Source: Candidatus Accumulibacter sp. 66-26
GTDB lineage: Bacteria; Pseudomonadota; Gammaproteobacteria; Burkholderiales; Rhodocyclaceae
DNA: 64,000 bases
Assembly (NCBI GenBank): GCA_001897745.1
Contig: MKUH01000019.1
Location: forward strand, 250,332 to 314,331
Direction of reading: 5' to 3'
A program made the translations under genes and the position numbers. Shown piece after piece: positions 38,013 through 46,744 of this stretch. Below the pieces are notes generated by a model. That model saw only the letters and a list, made by a program, of their open reading frames with translations. It made no database searches and was not told where the DNA came from. How positions within the stretch are numbered: position 1 is the stretch's first letter; the number at the start of each line of letters is the position of its first letter.

Positions 38013-39008
38013 ATGCCCACCCGCCGCCGCGCCTTCCTCATCCTCGCCGCCCTCGCCGGGCTGGCGCTGCTGAGCATCGCGCTGGCGCTGTCGGTGGGCA
38101 GCATCCACGTTCCGCTCGCCGACGTCGGCCCGGCCCTGTTCGGCAACGGCGGCGACTCTCTCAACGGCGAAGTCGTGCGCAAGCTGCGCCTGCCGCGTGC
38201 GCTCGCCGGCTTCGCCTGCGGCGGTCTGCTCGCACTCGCCGGCGCGCTGCTCCAGGTCCTGCTGCGCAACCCGCTGGCCGACCCCTACGTGCTCGGCATC
38301 TCGGGCGGCGCCGGCGTCGGCGCGCTGCTCGCGCTGCTGCTCGGCCTGTCGCTCGTCGGCGTCAACGGTTTCGCCTTCGCCGGCGCGCTCGGCGCTATGT
38401 TCGTCGTTTTCGGGCTGGCACACGGCGACGGCAGCTGGACACAGACGCGCCTCCTGCTCACCGGCGTCATCGTCGCCGCCGGCTGCGGCGCAGCGGTCGC
38501 GCTGATGCTCTCGATCGCCCCTGAAAACAAGCTGCGCGGCATGCTCTTCTGGCTGATGGGCGACCTTTCGCAGAACAACGACGCGCGCCTGCCGCTCGCC
38601 GTGCTCGTCGGCGTGCTGATCGTCGCGCTGCCCTTCGCGCGCGAGCTCAACCTGCTGGCGCGCGGCGCCGACACCGCGCAGACGCTCGGCGTCGCGGTCG
38701 GCCGCCTGCGCCGCGGCGTCTATCTCGTCGCCTCGCTGGCGACCGCCGCCGCCGTCACGCACGCCGGCTCGATCGGCTTCATCGGCCTGATCGTGCCGCA
38801 CCTCGTGCGCCTCGCCACCGGCAACGACCAGCGCCTGCTGCTGCCCGCCTCGGCGCTCGCCGGCGGCAGCCTGCTGGTGGTCGCCGACACGCTGGCGCGC
38901 ACCGCGCTCGCGCCGCAGCAGCTGCCGGTCGGCGTGCTCACCGCGCTGATCGGCGTGCCGGTCTTCCTCTTCCTGCTCGGCCGCGACGGACGGAGGCGCA
39001 GCGCATGA
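38013..39008 (+). CDS. btuC: FecCD-family ABC permease (B12 import)
   Basis: 331-aa polytopic ORF with FecCD-type motifs (LTGVIVAAG...LPVGVLTALIGVPVFLFLL). Confidence 0.85.
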   Translation: MPTRRRAFLILAALAGLALLSIALALSVGSIHVPLADVGPALFGNGGDSLNGEVVRKLRLPRALAGFACGGLLALAGALLQVLLRNPLADPYVLGISGGAGVGALLALLLGLSLVGVNGFAFAGALGAMFVVFGLAHGDGSWTQTRLLLTGVIVAAGCGAAVALMLSIAPENKLRGMLFWLMGDLSQNNDARLPLAVLVGVLIVALPFARELNLLARGADTAQTLGVAVGRLRRGVYLVASLATAAAVTHAGSIGFIGLIVPHLVRLATGNDQRLLLPASALAGGSLLVVADTLARTALAPQQLPVGVLTALIGVPVFLFLLGRDGRRRSA

Positions 39009-39790
39009 TCGCCAACCCCGCCGCACCGCTGCTCGAAACCCGCCGCCTCGCCGTCAGCATCGGCGGCAAGACCGTCTGCCGCGAGCTCGACCTCGCGCTG
39101 CGCCCCGGCGAGCGCCTCGCCATCCTCGGCCGCAACGGCGCCGGTAAGTCGACGCTGCTCTCGGTGCTCGCCGGGCTGCGCGCGCCGCAAGTCGGCGAAG
39201 TGCGGCTCGACGGTGCGAGCTACGCCGAACTCGGCCCGCGCGCCGCGGCGAAGATCCGCGGCTGGCTGCCGCAGACGCGCGGCGACGCCTTCGCGTCGAG
39301 CGTCCTGGAAACGGCGCTGGTCGGCCGCCATCCGCACCTCGCGCGTTGGGACTGGGAATCGGCACAGGACGCGCGGATCGCGCGCGACGCGCTGCAGGCC
39401 GTCGGGCTCGCCGGCTTCGAGGCGCGCGACGTGCAGACGCTGTCCGGCGGCGAACGCCAGCGCCTCGCGGTCGCCGCGCTGCTGACGCAGGCGCCGCGCC
39501 TCTTCCTGCTCGACGAGCCGATCGCCCACCTCGACCTCAACCACCAGATCGCCATGCTCGACCTCTTCGCCGGCGCCGCGCGCGACTGCGGCGCGGCGGT
39601 CGCCATGGTCCTGCACGAGCCGGGGCTGGCCTGCCGCTTCTGCGACCGCGCGCTGCTCATCCACGGCGACGGAACGTGCGAACTCGGCCCGATCGCCGAT
39701 GTGGTCAACGCCGACTCGCTGGCCCGCCTCTACGCCCACCCGCTGCGCGAAATCCGCGACGGCGACCACCGCTGGTTCATCCCGGCCTAG
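39005..39790 (+). CDS. btuD: ABC transporter ATP-binding protein (B12 import)
   Basis: 261 aa with Walker A GRNGAGKST, the LSGGERQR signature and Walker B LFLLDEP. ATGA overlap with btuC. Confidence 0.85.
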   Translation: MIANPAAPLLETRRLAVSIGGKTVCRELDLALRPGERLAILGRNGAGKSTLLSVLAGLRAPQVGEVRLDGASYAELGPRAAAKIRGWLPQTRGDAFASSVLETALVGRHPHLARWDWESAQDARIARDALQAVGLAGFEARDVQTLSGGERQRLAVAALLTQAPRLFLLDEPIAHLDLNHQIAMLDLFAGAARDCGAAVAMVLHEPGLACRFCDRALLIHGDGTCELGPIADVVNADSLARLYAHPLREIRDGDHRWFIPA

Positions 39791-39798
39791 GAACAGAC

Positions 39799-40422
39799 AT
39801 GGAAGACACGACGACCGAAGACAACGGACGCGACGCGCGTCACCACGCCCGCATGCTGCGCAAGAAGGCCGTGATCGACGAAAAGATCGCCGGCGCGCAG
39901 GAAGAGCGCGGCGTCCTGCTGGTCAACACCGGCAACGGCAAGGGCAAGTCCTCGGCCGCCTTCGGCGTCGTCGCGCGCGCGCTCGGGCACGGCATGAAGG
40001 TCGCCGTCGTCCAGTTCGTGAAGAGCCGCTCGGACACCGGCGAAGAGGGCTTCTACCGGCGCTTCCCAGACCTCGTCAGCTGGCACGTGATGGGCGAGGG
40101 CTTCACCTGGGAGACGCAGGACCGCGCGCGCGATGCGGCCGTCGCCCGTGCCGCCTGGGACACGGCGCGCCGCTACCTGGCCGACCCGGACTACGGCCTC
40201 GTCGTGCTCGACGAAATGACCTACGCCTTCAAATACGGCTGGCTCAGCGTCGACGAAGTGCTGCCCGAATTCGCCCTGCGCCCGCCGCTGCAGCACGTCA
40301 TCGTCACCGGCCGCGCAGCGCCCGACGCGCTCGTCGCGGCCGCCGACACGGTGAGCGAGGTGACGCTCGTCAAGCACGCCTTCAAGGCCGGCGTGAAGGC
40401 GATGCCCGGCCTCGAATTCTGA
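39799..40422 (+). CDS. cobO: cob(I)yrinic acid a,c-diamide adenosyltransferase
   Basis: 207 aa with a P-loop-like NTGNGKGKSSAAFG, then VVQFVK and VLDE motifs of the CobO/BtuR family. Confidence 0.9.
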   Translation: MEDTTTEDNGRDARHHARMLRKKAVIDEKIAGAQEERGVLLVNTGNGKGKSSAAFGVVARALGHGMKVAVVQFVKSRSDTGEEGFYRRFPDLVSWHVMGEGFTWETQDRARDAAVARAAWDTARRYLADPDYGLVVLDEMTYAFKYGWLSVDEVLPEFALRPPLQHVIVTGRAAPDALVAAADTVSEVTLVKHAFKAGVKAMPGLEF

Positions 40423-40464
40423 ACTCTGAATCCTGATCTGCCGAAGCCGCCGGAGACCGCCGCG

Positions 40465-41766
40465 ATGGCGCTGAGCTGCCCCGCCCCCCGCTGTCCCGCG
40501 CTTTTCGTCGTCGCGCCCGCCTCCGGGCAGGGCAAGACCACCGTCGTCGCCGCGCTCGCCCGTCTGCATGCGCGGCAGGGGCGGCGCGTGCGCGTCTTCA
40601 AGTGCGGCCCGGATTTCCTCGACCCGCAGATCCACGCCATCGCCAGCGGCGCGCCCTGCCACAACGTCGACCTGTGGATGTGCGGCGCGGCCGACGCCGC
40701 CTGGCGCCTCGCCGAGGCCGCGCGCGACGCCGACCTGATCCTCGTCGAAGGCGTCATGGGCCTCTTCGACGGCTCGCCGCCCGCCGCCGAACTCGCCGCG
40801 CAGCTCGGCATCCCGCTGCTCGCCGTGATCGACGGCGCGGCGATGGCCACCAGCTTCGGCGCCATCGCCTACGGCCTCAAGCACTACCGGCCGGGCACGC
40901 AACTCGCCGCCGCCTTCGCCAACCGCGTCGGCAGCGCCTACCACGCCGAACTCCTGGAAAAGAGCCTGCCGCCCGACATCGCCTGGTACGGCCACCTGCC
41001 GCGCGACGCCGACGCCGCGCTGCCCGAACGTCACCTCGGCCTGCTGCCGGCCGCCGAGATCGCCGACCTCGCGCAGCGTATCGACCGCATGGCCGACCTG
41101 CTGGCGCCGACCGCCGCCGCGGCGCTGCCGCCGGCGGTCGACTTTGCCGACGCCGAGCCGCCGCCCGTCGCACCGCTGCTCGCCGGGAAAACGCTCGCCG
41201 TCGCGCGCGACGCCGCCTTCTGCTTCCTCTACCCGGCCAACCTCGACTGCCTCGCCGCGCTCGGCGCCCGCATCGAGTATTTCTCGCCGCTCGCCGGCGA
41301 CGCGCTGCCGGCCTGCGACGCCGTCTGGCTGCCCGGCGGCTACCCGGAACTGCACGGCGCCGAACTCGCCGCCCGCCGCCCGCTGTGGGACGCGCTCGCA
41401 GCGCACGTCGCCGCCGGCAAACCGCTGCTCGCCGAATGCGGCGGCATGATGGCGCTGTTCGACGCGCTGACCGACGGCGACGGCCGGACACACGCGCTGG
41501 GCGGCCTGCTCCCCGGCAGCGCGACGATGCAGCGGCGCCTCGCCGCGCTCGGCATGCAGGAAGTCTCCCTGCCCGAGGGCACGCTGCGCGGCCACACCTT
41601 CCACTACTCGCAGAGCGCGACGCCGCTCGCGCCGCTGGCGCACGCCGCGCGTCCCGACGGGCGCCCGGGCGAAGCGGTCTACCGCCGGCAGCGGCTCACA
41701 GCAAGCTATATGCACTTCTACTTCCCGTCCAACCCGGAGGCCGCCGCGCGGCTCTTCCTCGAATGA
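40465..41766 (+). CDS. cobB: cobyrinic acid a,c-diamide synthase
   Basis: 433 aa with an N-terminal ATP-binding SGQGKTTVVAAL and a C-terminal GATase domain (AECGGMMAL). Confidence 0.9.
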   Translation: MALSCPAPRCPALFVVAPASGQGKTTVVAALARLHARQGRRVRVFKCGPDFLDPQIHAIASGAPCHNVDLWMCGAADAAWRLAEAARDADLILVEGVMGLFDGSPPAAELAAQLGIPLLAVIDGAAMATSFGAIAYGLKHYRPGTQLAAAFANRVGSAYHAELLEKSLPPDIAWYGHLPRDADAALPERHLGLLPAAEIADLAQRIDRMADLLAPTAAAALPPAVDFADAEPPPVAPLLAGKTLAVARDAAFCFLYPANLDCLAALGARIEYFSPLAGDALPACDAVWLPGGYPELHGAELAARRPLWDALAAHVAAGKPLLAECGGMMALFDALTDGDGRTHALGGLLPGSATMQRRLAALGMQEVSLPEGTLRGHTFHYSQSATPLAPLAHAARPDGRPGEAVYRRQRLTASYMHFYFPSNPEAAARLFLE

Positions 41767-42482
41767 GCGCACCGCCCATGCCCATCGCCGACAACCGCGA
41801 TCCCCGCTACAGCGACGACGAAATCGCCACCCTCTGGCGCACGCTGCGCGAACGCCGCGACATGCGCCACTTCGTCCCCGCCGCCGACGCCGCGCCGCTG
41901 CCCGACGGACTGCTCGAACGCCTCGTCGAGGCCGCGCATCTGGCGCCCTCGGTCGGCTTCATGCAGCCCTGGCGCTTCATCCGCATCAGCGACCCGGCGC
42001 TGCGCGAGCGCCTGCACGCGCAGGTCGAGGCCGAACGCCTGCGCACCGCGCAGGCGCTGCCCTCGCGCAACGAGGAATTCCGCCAGGTGAAGATCGAAGG
42101 CATCCGCGAATGCCAGGAGTTGCTGGTGGTGACGCTGATGCCGGGGCGCGAGAAGCACATCGTCGGCCGCCGCACGCTGCCCGAGATGGACGTCGCCTCG
42201 GTCGGCTGCGCGATCCAGAACATGTGGCTGGCGGCGCGCGCCGAAGGTATCGGCCTCGGCTGGGTGTCCTTCTTCGAACCGCTGGCGCTGGCCGAACTGC
42301 TCGGCCTGCCGGACGGCGCGCGGCCGCTCGCCATCCTGTGCATCGGCCGCGTCCCGGCCTTCTACCCGCGCCCGATGTTCGAGGACGCCGGCTGGGGCAA
42401 ACGCCTGCCGCTCGCCGACGTGCTTTTCGAGAACCGCTGGCCGGACGACGAACGCGCCGGCCCGACGCCGACCGCCTACTGA
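41763..42482 (+). CDS. bluB: 5,6-dimethylbenzimidazole synthase
   Basis: 239-aa nitroreductase-fold ORF (RRDMRHF...APSVGFMQPWRF). ATGA overlap with cobB. Confidence 0.88.
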   Translation: MSAPPMPIADNRDPRYSDDEIATLWRTLRERRDMRHFVPAADAAPLPDGLLERLVEAAHLAPSVGFMQPWRFIRISDPALRERLHAQVEAERLRTAQALPSRNEEFRQVKIEGIRECQELLVVTLMPGREKHIVGRRTLPEMDVASVGCAIQNMWLAARAEGIGLGWVSFFEPLALAELLGLPDGARPLAILCIGRVPAFYPRPMFEDAGWGKRLPLADVLFENRWPDDERAGPTPTAY

Positions 42483-42522
42483 CCCGTCCGATCCCCTTCG
42501 CGGCCGGACGTCGGGACGCCGC

Positions 42523-42987
42523 TCAGCAGCGCACGCCCGGCGCGCAGCCGGCCACGGCGCTCGCCGCCGGCACCAACGGCCGACCTTCGGCGGACCAGGC
42601 GCGGATGCCCTTGCGCACGTTGTAGACGGTCCGGTAGCCGGCCTGCTGCGCGAGCAGGCGCGACACCGGCTGCGTGCGGTTGCCGCTGCGGCAGATCACG
42701 GCGACCGGCCGGTCGGGCGGCGCAATGGCCTTCAGCTTCTCGAGCCAGGCCGCCGGATCGGCGCGCCCCTTCTCGTCGAAGAAGGTGAGCAGATGGCTGC
42801 CGGCGATGACGCCGGTCTCCTTCCATTCGGGTTCGGTGCGGATGTCGACGACGACCACGCCGCTGGCGGCAAGGCGCGCCAGCTCTGCGCTGTCGATGTC
42901 GACGACCTCGGCGCGCGCGGCGAGGGGGCCGAGGAGGCCCAGACAGAGCAGGGCGGCGGCGAAAGCATGAACGGTGCGTTTGAGCAT
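42523..42987 (-). CDS. secreted single-domain rhodanese (sulfurtransferase)
   Basis: 154 aa with a signal peptide (...LAARAEVV) and the active-site loop CRSGNR. Confidence 0.85.
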   Translation of the reverse strand: MLKRTVHAFAAALLCLGLLGPLAARAEVVDIDSAELARLAASGVVVVDIRTEPEWKETGVIAGSHLLTFFDEKGRADPAAWLEKLKAIAPPDRPVAVICRSGNRTQPVSRLLAQQAGYRTVYNVRKGIRAWSAEGRPLVPAASAVAGCAPGVRC

Positions 42988-43053
42988 GGCGGCTCCTTCC
43001 GGAATATCGATGTCTGCTTATACAGCATCGCGCGCGGCGAGATCAATGCAAGC

Positions 43054-44313
43054 TCAATGCGCCCGCCGGCGCATCAAGGACCACGTCAGCCACGGTCCGA
43101 CCAGCGCGACGGCGCCAAGCGCGCTCCAGGCCAGTCCCCAAGCGAGCGGCGCCGGGCCGGAAACCTGCGCCGCGTCCACCGCCGTGCCGCCCGCCGCGTC
43201 GAGCACGATGCCGAACAGCCAGGGGCTGAGCGCGCCCATGCCGAAACCAAGGACGGAGCGCAGCGAATACGCCGCCGCCAGATGTTGACCGGGAACCACC
43301 TCGGTTAGTGCCGCCGAATAGATCGCCGAATCGCCGACCGCCGCGAAGTTGTAGAACACCGCGACCAGCACGAGCAGCCACAGCGGCGCCGCGAGCAGCC
43401 AGCCGAAGACGAGCGAGCAGGCGACGCTGGACAGCGCCATGAGCAGGATGACGCGGCTGCGCCCCCAACGGTCGGACCAGCTGCCGCCGGCGAGGCTGCC
43501 GGCCATGCTCACGAGGTGGGTGAGCGCGGCGAGCGCCGCGCCGGCCACCGGCAGAACGCCGGCCGTCCCCTGCTGCAGGGCGACCGCAGCGCTCAGAAAG
43601 GCCGGCAGCCACGCCCACATGCAGAGCAGCTCCCAGGCGTGGAAGGCATAGGCGAGGATGACGCAGCGCGCCGGCTTGTGCTGCCACAGCCAGCACAGCG
43701 AAGCGAGCGTGGCGCGCGGCGAGAAACCGCGGCGCGCGTCCGCGGGCGCCGTCACGTTCGGCGTCGCGCGCAGCGTCCACCCGGCAAGCGCAAGGCCGAA
43801 CAGGGTGCCGGCCGCCGCCAGCAGGAAACCGGCGCGCGGGCTGAGCCAGCCGCCCAGCGCGCCGGCGCCGAGCAGGCCGAGCGCGTAGCCGAGCGAGGCG
43901 GCGGCGATGAAGGCACCCATCGCCCGCCCGCGCGCGGCCGGCGGGAAGCGCTCGGCAATAAGCGTCAGCCCCGGCACGTAGGAGCCGCCGGCGCACAGGC
44001 CGGCCAGCCCGTAGAGCAGAAAGGCCGAGGCGTAATCGTGCGCGCCGAGCGCGAAAAGCAGGGTCGTCGCGCACGCCGCCCACCCCATGCCGAGGAAGGT
44101 GCGCTTGGCGCCCCAGCGCCCGGCCAGCACGCTGGCGGCGACCAGCGAGACGACGTAGCCGGCGTGCCACGCCGACTGCACCGCCCCGGCCTGGCTCGCC
44201 GACATGCTCCACGCCGGACGCAGAAGGGGGATCAGCGCCGCGTAGACGGTGTTGATCAACGCGAAGCCCGCGCGCGACAGGCAAAGCAGCAGCAGCCAGC
44301 GCACGTCGCTCAT
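43054..44313 (-). CDS. MFS transporter
   Basis: 419-aa ORF with about 12 hydrophobic segments and an MFS-type loop (GRWGAKRT). Confidence 0.85.
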   Translation of the reverse strand: MSDVRWLLLLCLSRAGFALINTVYAALIPLLRPAWSMSASQAGAVQSAWHAGYVVSLVAASVLAGRWGAKRTFLGMGWAACATTLLFALGAHDYASAFLLYGLAGLCAGGSYVPGLTLIAERFPPAARGRAMGAFIAAASLGYALGLLGAGALGGWLSPRAGFLLAAAGTLFGLALAGWTLRATPNVTAPADARRGFSPRATLASLCWLWQHKPARCVILAYAFHAWELLCMWAWLPAFLSAAVALQQGTAGVLPVAGAALAALTHLVSMAGSLAGGSWSDRWGRSRVILLMALSSVACSLVFGWLLAAPLWLLVLVAVFYNFAAVGDSAIYSAALTEVVPGQHLAAAYSLRSVLGFGMGALSPWLFGIVLDAAGGTAVDAAQVSGPAPLAWGLAWSALGAVALVGPWLTWSLMRRRAH

Positions 44314-44475
44314 GCTTCCATCCTTTCTTCATCCTTGATCGGCAACGCTTCCCCGCCTACATGAAGCCATTTCACGCAAGCGAAGCGTCGGCGAAAGCGA
44401 TCCTGACATCCGCCGGAAGCTCTTTCAAACGATTATTCGTCTACCATCGAGTGATGAAAACTCAAGCATGACGCC

Positions 44476-45420
44476 ATGAGCCAGCCGCCCCTCAACGCCG
44501 TCCGGGCCTTCGTCGCCGCCGCCCGCCGCCTCAGCTTCCAGCGCGCAGCGAGCGAACTCTTCGTCACGCCGGGCGCCGTCAGCCGGCAGATACAGACGCT
44601 CGAGGCGCACCTCGGCGTCGCGCTCTTCGAGCGCCGGCACCGCGCCGTCGCGCTCACCCAGATGGGCGCGCTCTACCTCGCGCAGTGCGGCCCGGCGCTC
44701 GACGCCATCGACGCGACCAGCCGCCGCGTGCGCGAACTGGCGCGGAACGCGGCCGGCGAACGGCGCGCCGTCGTCCGCCTCGACGCGACGCCGACCTTCG
44801 CCATGCACTGGCTGATTCCCCGCCTCGCCGAATTCCGCGCGCAGCATCCGGCCATCGAGGTGCGGCTTGGCACCTCGCAGGAAAACATCGTGCGCTCGGC
44901 CGACGTCGATCTGCACATCCGGCGCGATCCAGCGCACTTCGGCGGCCTTGCGGGCGAGCCCTTCATGAGCGAATACGCCGCGCTGGTGTGCAGCCCGCGC
45001 CTGCCCGACTGGCAGATGCTGACGACGCCGGAGAGAATCCTCGGCGTGCCGCTCGTGCGCATGCGCTCGCGCCCCGATCTGTGGCCGAAATGGCGCGCGC
45101 GCTGCGCGGCGGCGGAAACGCCCGCGGAACCGCTCGGGGCGCCCACGCAATTCACCGAGTTCGACAACACCATCTTGGCGATCCAGGCGGTCGTCGAAGG
45201 GCTGGGCGTCGGACTGATTCCCGAACTGTTCGTCGAGGAACTGCTGCAGAGCGGCGCGCCGGTCGAACTGCCGGGCGCGGCGCCCTTCGCGACCGGCGCC
45301 TACCACCTGCTCAGCGAGCGGCCCGAGGCGTCGGAGGCGGTGGCGATCTTCCGCCGCTGGCTCGAAGACAGCACGACGCGCCGCCATCCGCCAGGCGCGG
45401 ACGGCGCGCCGCCGAGGTAG
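44476..45420 (+). CDS. LysR-family transcriptional regulator (GcvA-like)
   Basis: 314 aa with an N-terminal wHTH (LNAVRAFVAAARRLSFQRAASELFVTPGAVSRQIQTLE). It is divergent from the MFS gene. Confidence 0.9.
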   Translation: MSQPPLNAVRAFVAAARRLSFQRAASELFVTPGAVSRQIQTLEAHLGVALFERRHRAVALTQMGALYLAQCGPALDAIDATSRRVRELARNAAGERRAVVRLDATPTFAMHWLIPRLAEFRAQHPAIEVRLGTSQENIVRSADVDLHIRRDPAHFGGLAGEPFMSEYAALVCSPRLPDWQMLTTPERILGVPLVRMRSRPDLWPKWRARCAAAETPAEPLGAPTQFTEFDNTILAIQAVVEGLGVGLIPELFVEELLQSGAPVELPGAAPFATGAYHLLSERPEASEAVAIFRRWLEDSTTRRHPPGADGAPPR

Positions 45421-45484
45421 TGCGCAAAGAAGGCGAGGCGCCGGAACGCGGCGCCTCGATGCAAGGCCGAAAAAGCGTCGCCGC

Positions 45485-45700
45485 TCAGCCGCTCAAGCCG
45501 CGCCGCGCGCGACGTGCCTTCGACGGCGCCGGCAGGACGGTTTCGCTCAGACCGGAATGCGTGGCGAAGCAGCCGTCGAGCGGGCACACGCGGCCCGCCG
45601 GGCAAGCGTGCTCAAGCCCGCACTGAAGTTGCGTCTGGTCGGTCAGCACCATGGTGTGCGCCGCTTCGCAGCGCGCGATCGGGGAGTCGAGGAAGCTCAT
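45485..45700 (-). CDS. small Cys/His-rich hypothetical protein (71 aa)
   Basis: The ATG lies 6 nt after AGGAG. The protein is MSFLDSPIARCEAAHTMVLTDQTQLQCGLEHACPAGRVCPLDGCFATH..., with 5 Cys, 3 His and a basic tail. I recognise no family. Confidence 0.6.
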   Translation of the reverse strand: MSFLDSPIARCEAAHTMVLTDQTQLQCGLEHACPAGRVCPLDGCFATHSGLSETVLPAPSKARRARRGLSG

Positions 45701-45722
45701 GACCGTCTCCTGAGAAATAACC

Positions 45723-45735
45723 ATACTCTGAGTAT
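45723..45735. promoter_or_regulatory. perfect 13-nt palindrome ATACTCTGAGTAT (T-N11-A type) upstream of the small Cys-rich ORF
   Basis: ATACTC-T-GAGTAT read directly from the sequence. On the minus strand it overlaps a TATACT -10-like hexamer (45731-45736). Confidence 0.45.
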
Positions 45736-45779
45736 AGGCATCCTCGCGGAATAAGCCAGACGCATTGCCAGGCGGTTTA

Positions 45780-46619
45780 TCAGCCGGCCAGCCCCTGCCG
45801 GATCATCAACCCGGCAGTCAGCAGCAGCATCAGCGCAAACAGGCGGCGCAGCTTCGCCTCCGGCAGGCGGTGCGCCCAGGCGACGCCCCACGAGACGGTC
45901 GCCACGCCGCCGACGGCGAGCAGGCTGCCGACCTGCCAGTCGACCCGCCGCGCCTGCGCGAAGGCGGCGAGCGCGGCGAGCGCGCCGGGCACCACCAGCG
46001 CCAGCGCGATGCCCTGCGCCACCGCCTGCCGCTTGCCGAAGCCGCGCACCAGCAGCGGCGCCGCGACGATGCCGGAACCGACGCCGAAGAACCCGGCGCA
46101 CAGCCCGCCGACGAGACCGACGCCGGGCAGGTAGCGCTCGTTCCACGGCGCACGCGGCGCGTCCTCCGCCGCCGCGGCCGACGCTACCGCGCGCGAGCCC
46201 CAGAGGAAATAGCCGGCCAGCGCGGCCAGGAAAAGCGCGAAGCAGACCGTCAGCAGGCGCGGGTCCATATGCACCGCTAGGCGCGCCGCCGGCCAGGTGG
46301 CGAGCAGCGTGGTCAGACCGACGACGCCCGCCGTGCGCAGCGGAAAGGGGTTGCGCTGGCGGTAGCGCCAGAAGCCGATCAGCACGTTCGGCGCCATCAT
46401 GACCAGCGCTGTGCCTTGCGCCGTCTGCTGGTCCATGCCGAAAAACATGGCGAGGATGGGAATGGCGATGATGCCGCCGCCGATACCGAGCAGGCCGCCG
46501 AGCGCGCCGAGCACGCCGCCGAGCAGCAGCGGGACGAGCAGGGGCAGAACGTCCGCCAGACCGTCCGGCCATGCCGGCAGGCCGGCTCCCCAATCGACTC
46601 CCAGACCCACGATGCTCAC
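45780..46619 (-). CDS. TSUP (TauE/SafE) family membrane transporter, second copy
   Basis: Polytopic ORF with GGLLGIGGGIIAIPIL motifs. The GTG start at 46619 lies 6 nt after AGGAG. The TTG at 46634 is the ORF-track start. Confidence 0.82.
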   Translation of the reverse strand: MSIVGLGVDWGAGLPAWPDGLADVLPLLVPLLLGGVLGALGGLLGIGGGIIAIPILAMFFGMDQQTAQGTALVMMAPNVLIGFWRYRQRNPFPLRTAGVVGLTTLLATWPAARLAVHMDPRLLTVCFALFLAALAGYFLWGSRAVASAAAAEDAPRAPWNERYLPGVGLVGGLCAGFFGVGSGIVAAPLLVRGFGKRQAVAQGIALALVVPGALAALAAFAQARRVDWQVGSLLAVGGVATVSWGVAWAHRLPEAKLRRLFALMLLLTAGLMIRQGLAG

Positions 46620-46744
46620 GGTGCGCTCCTGCAATGCAAAACGGAGGGCGAGTGTATAGCTTCTTCCCGCACCTATAATTCACCTGCAGGAAAGCCATTG
46701 ATAACTTCAACGCACGAACCGAGCCGCCCGGCAGGAAGCGCCCG

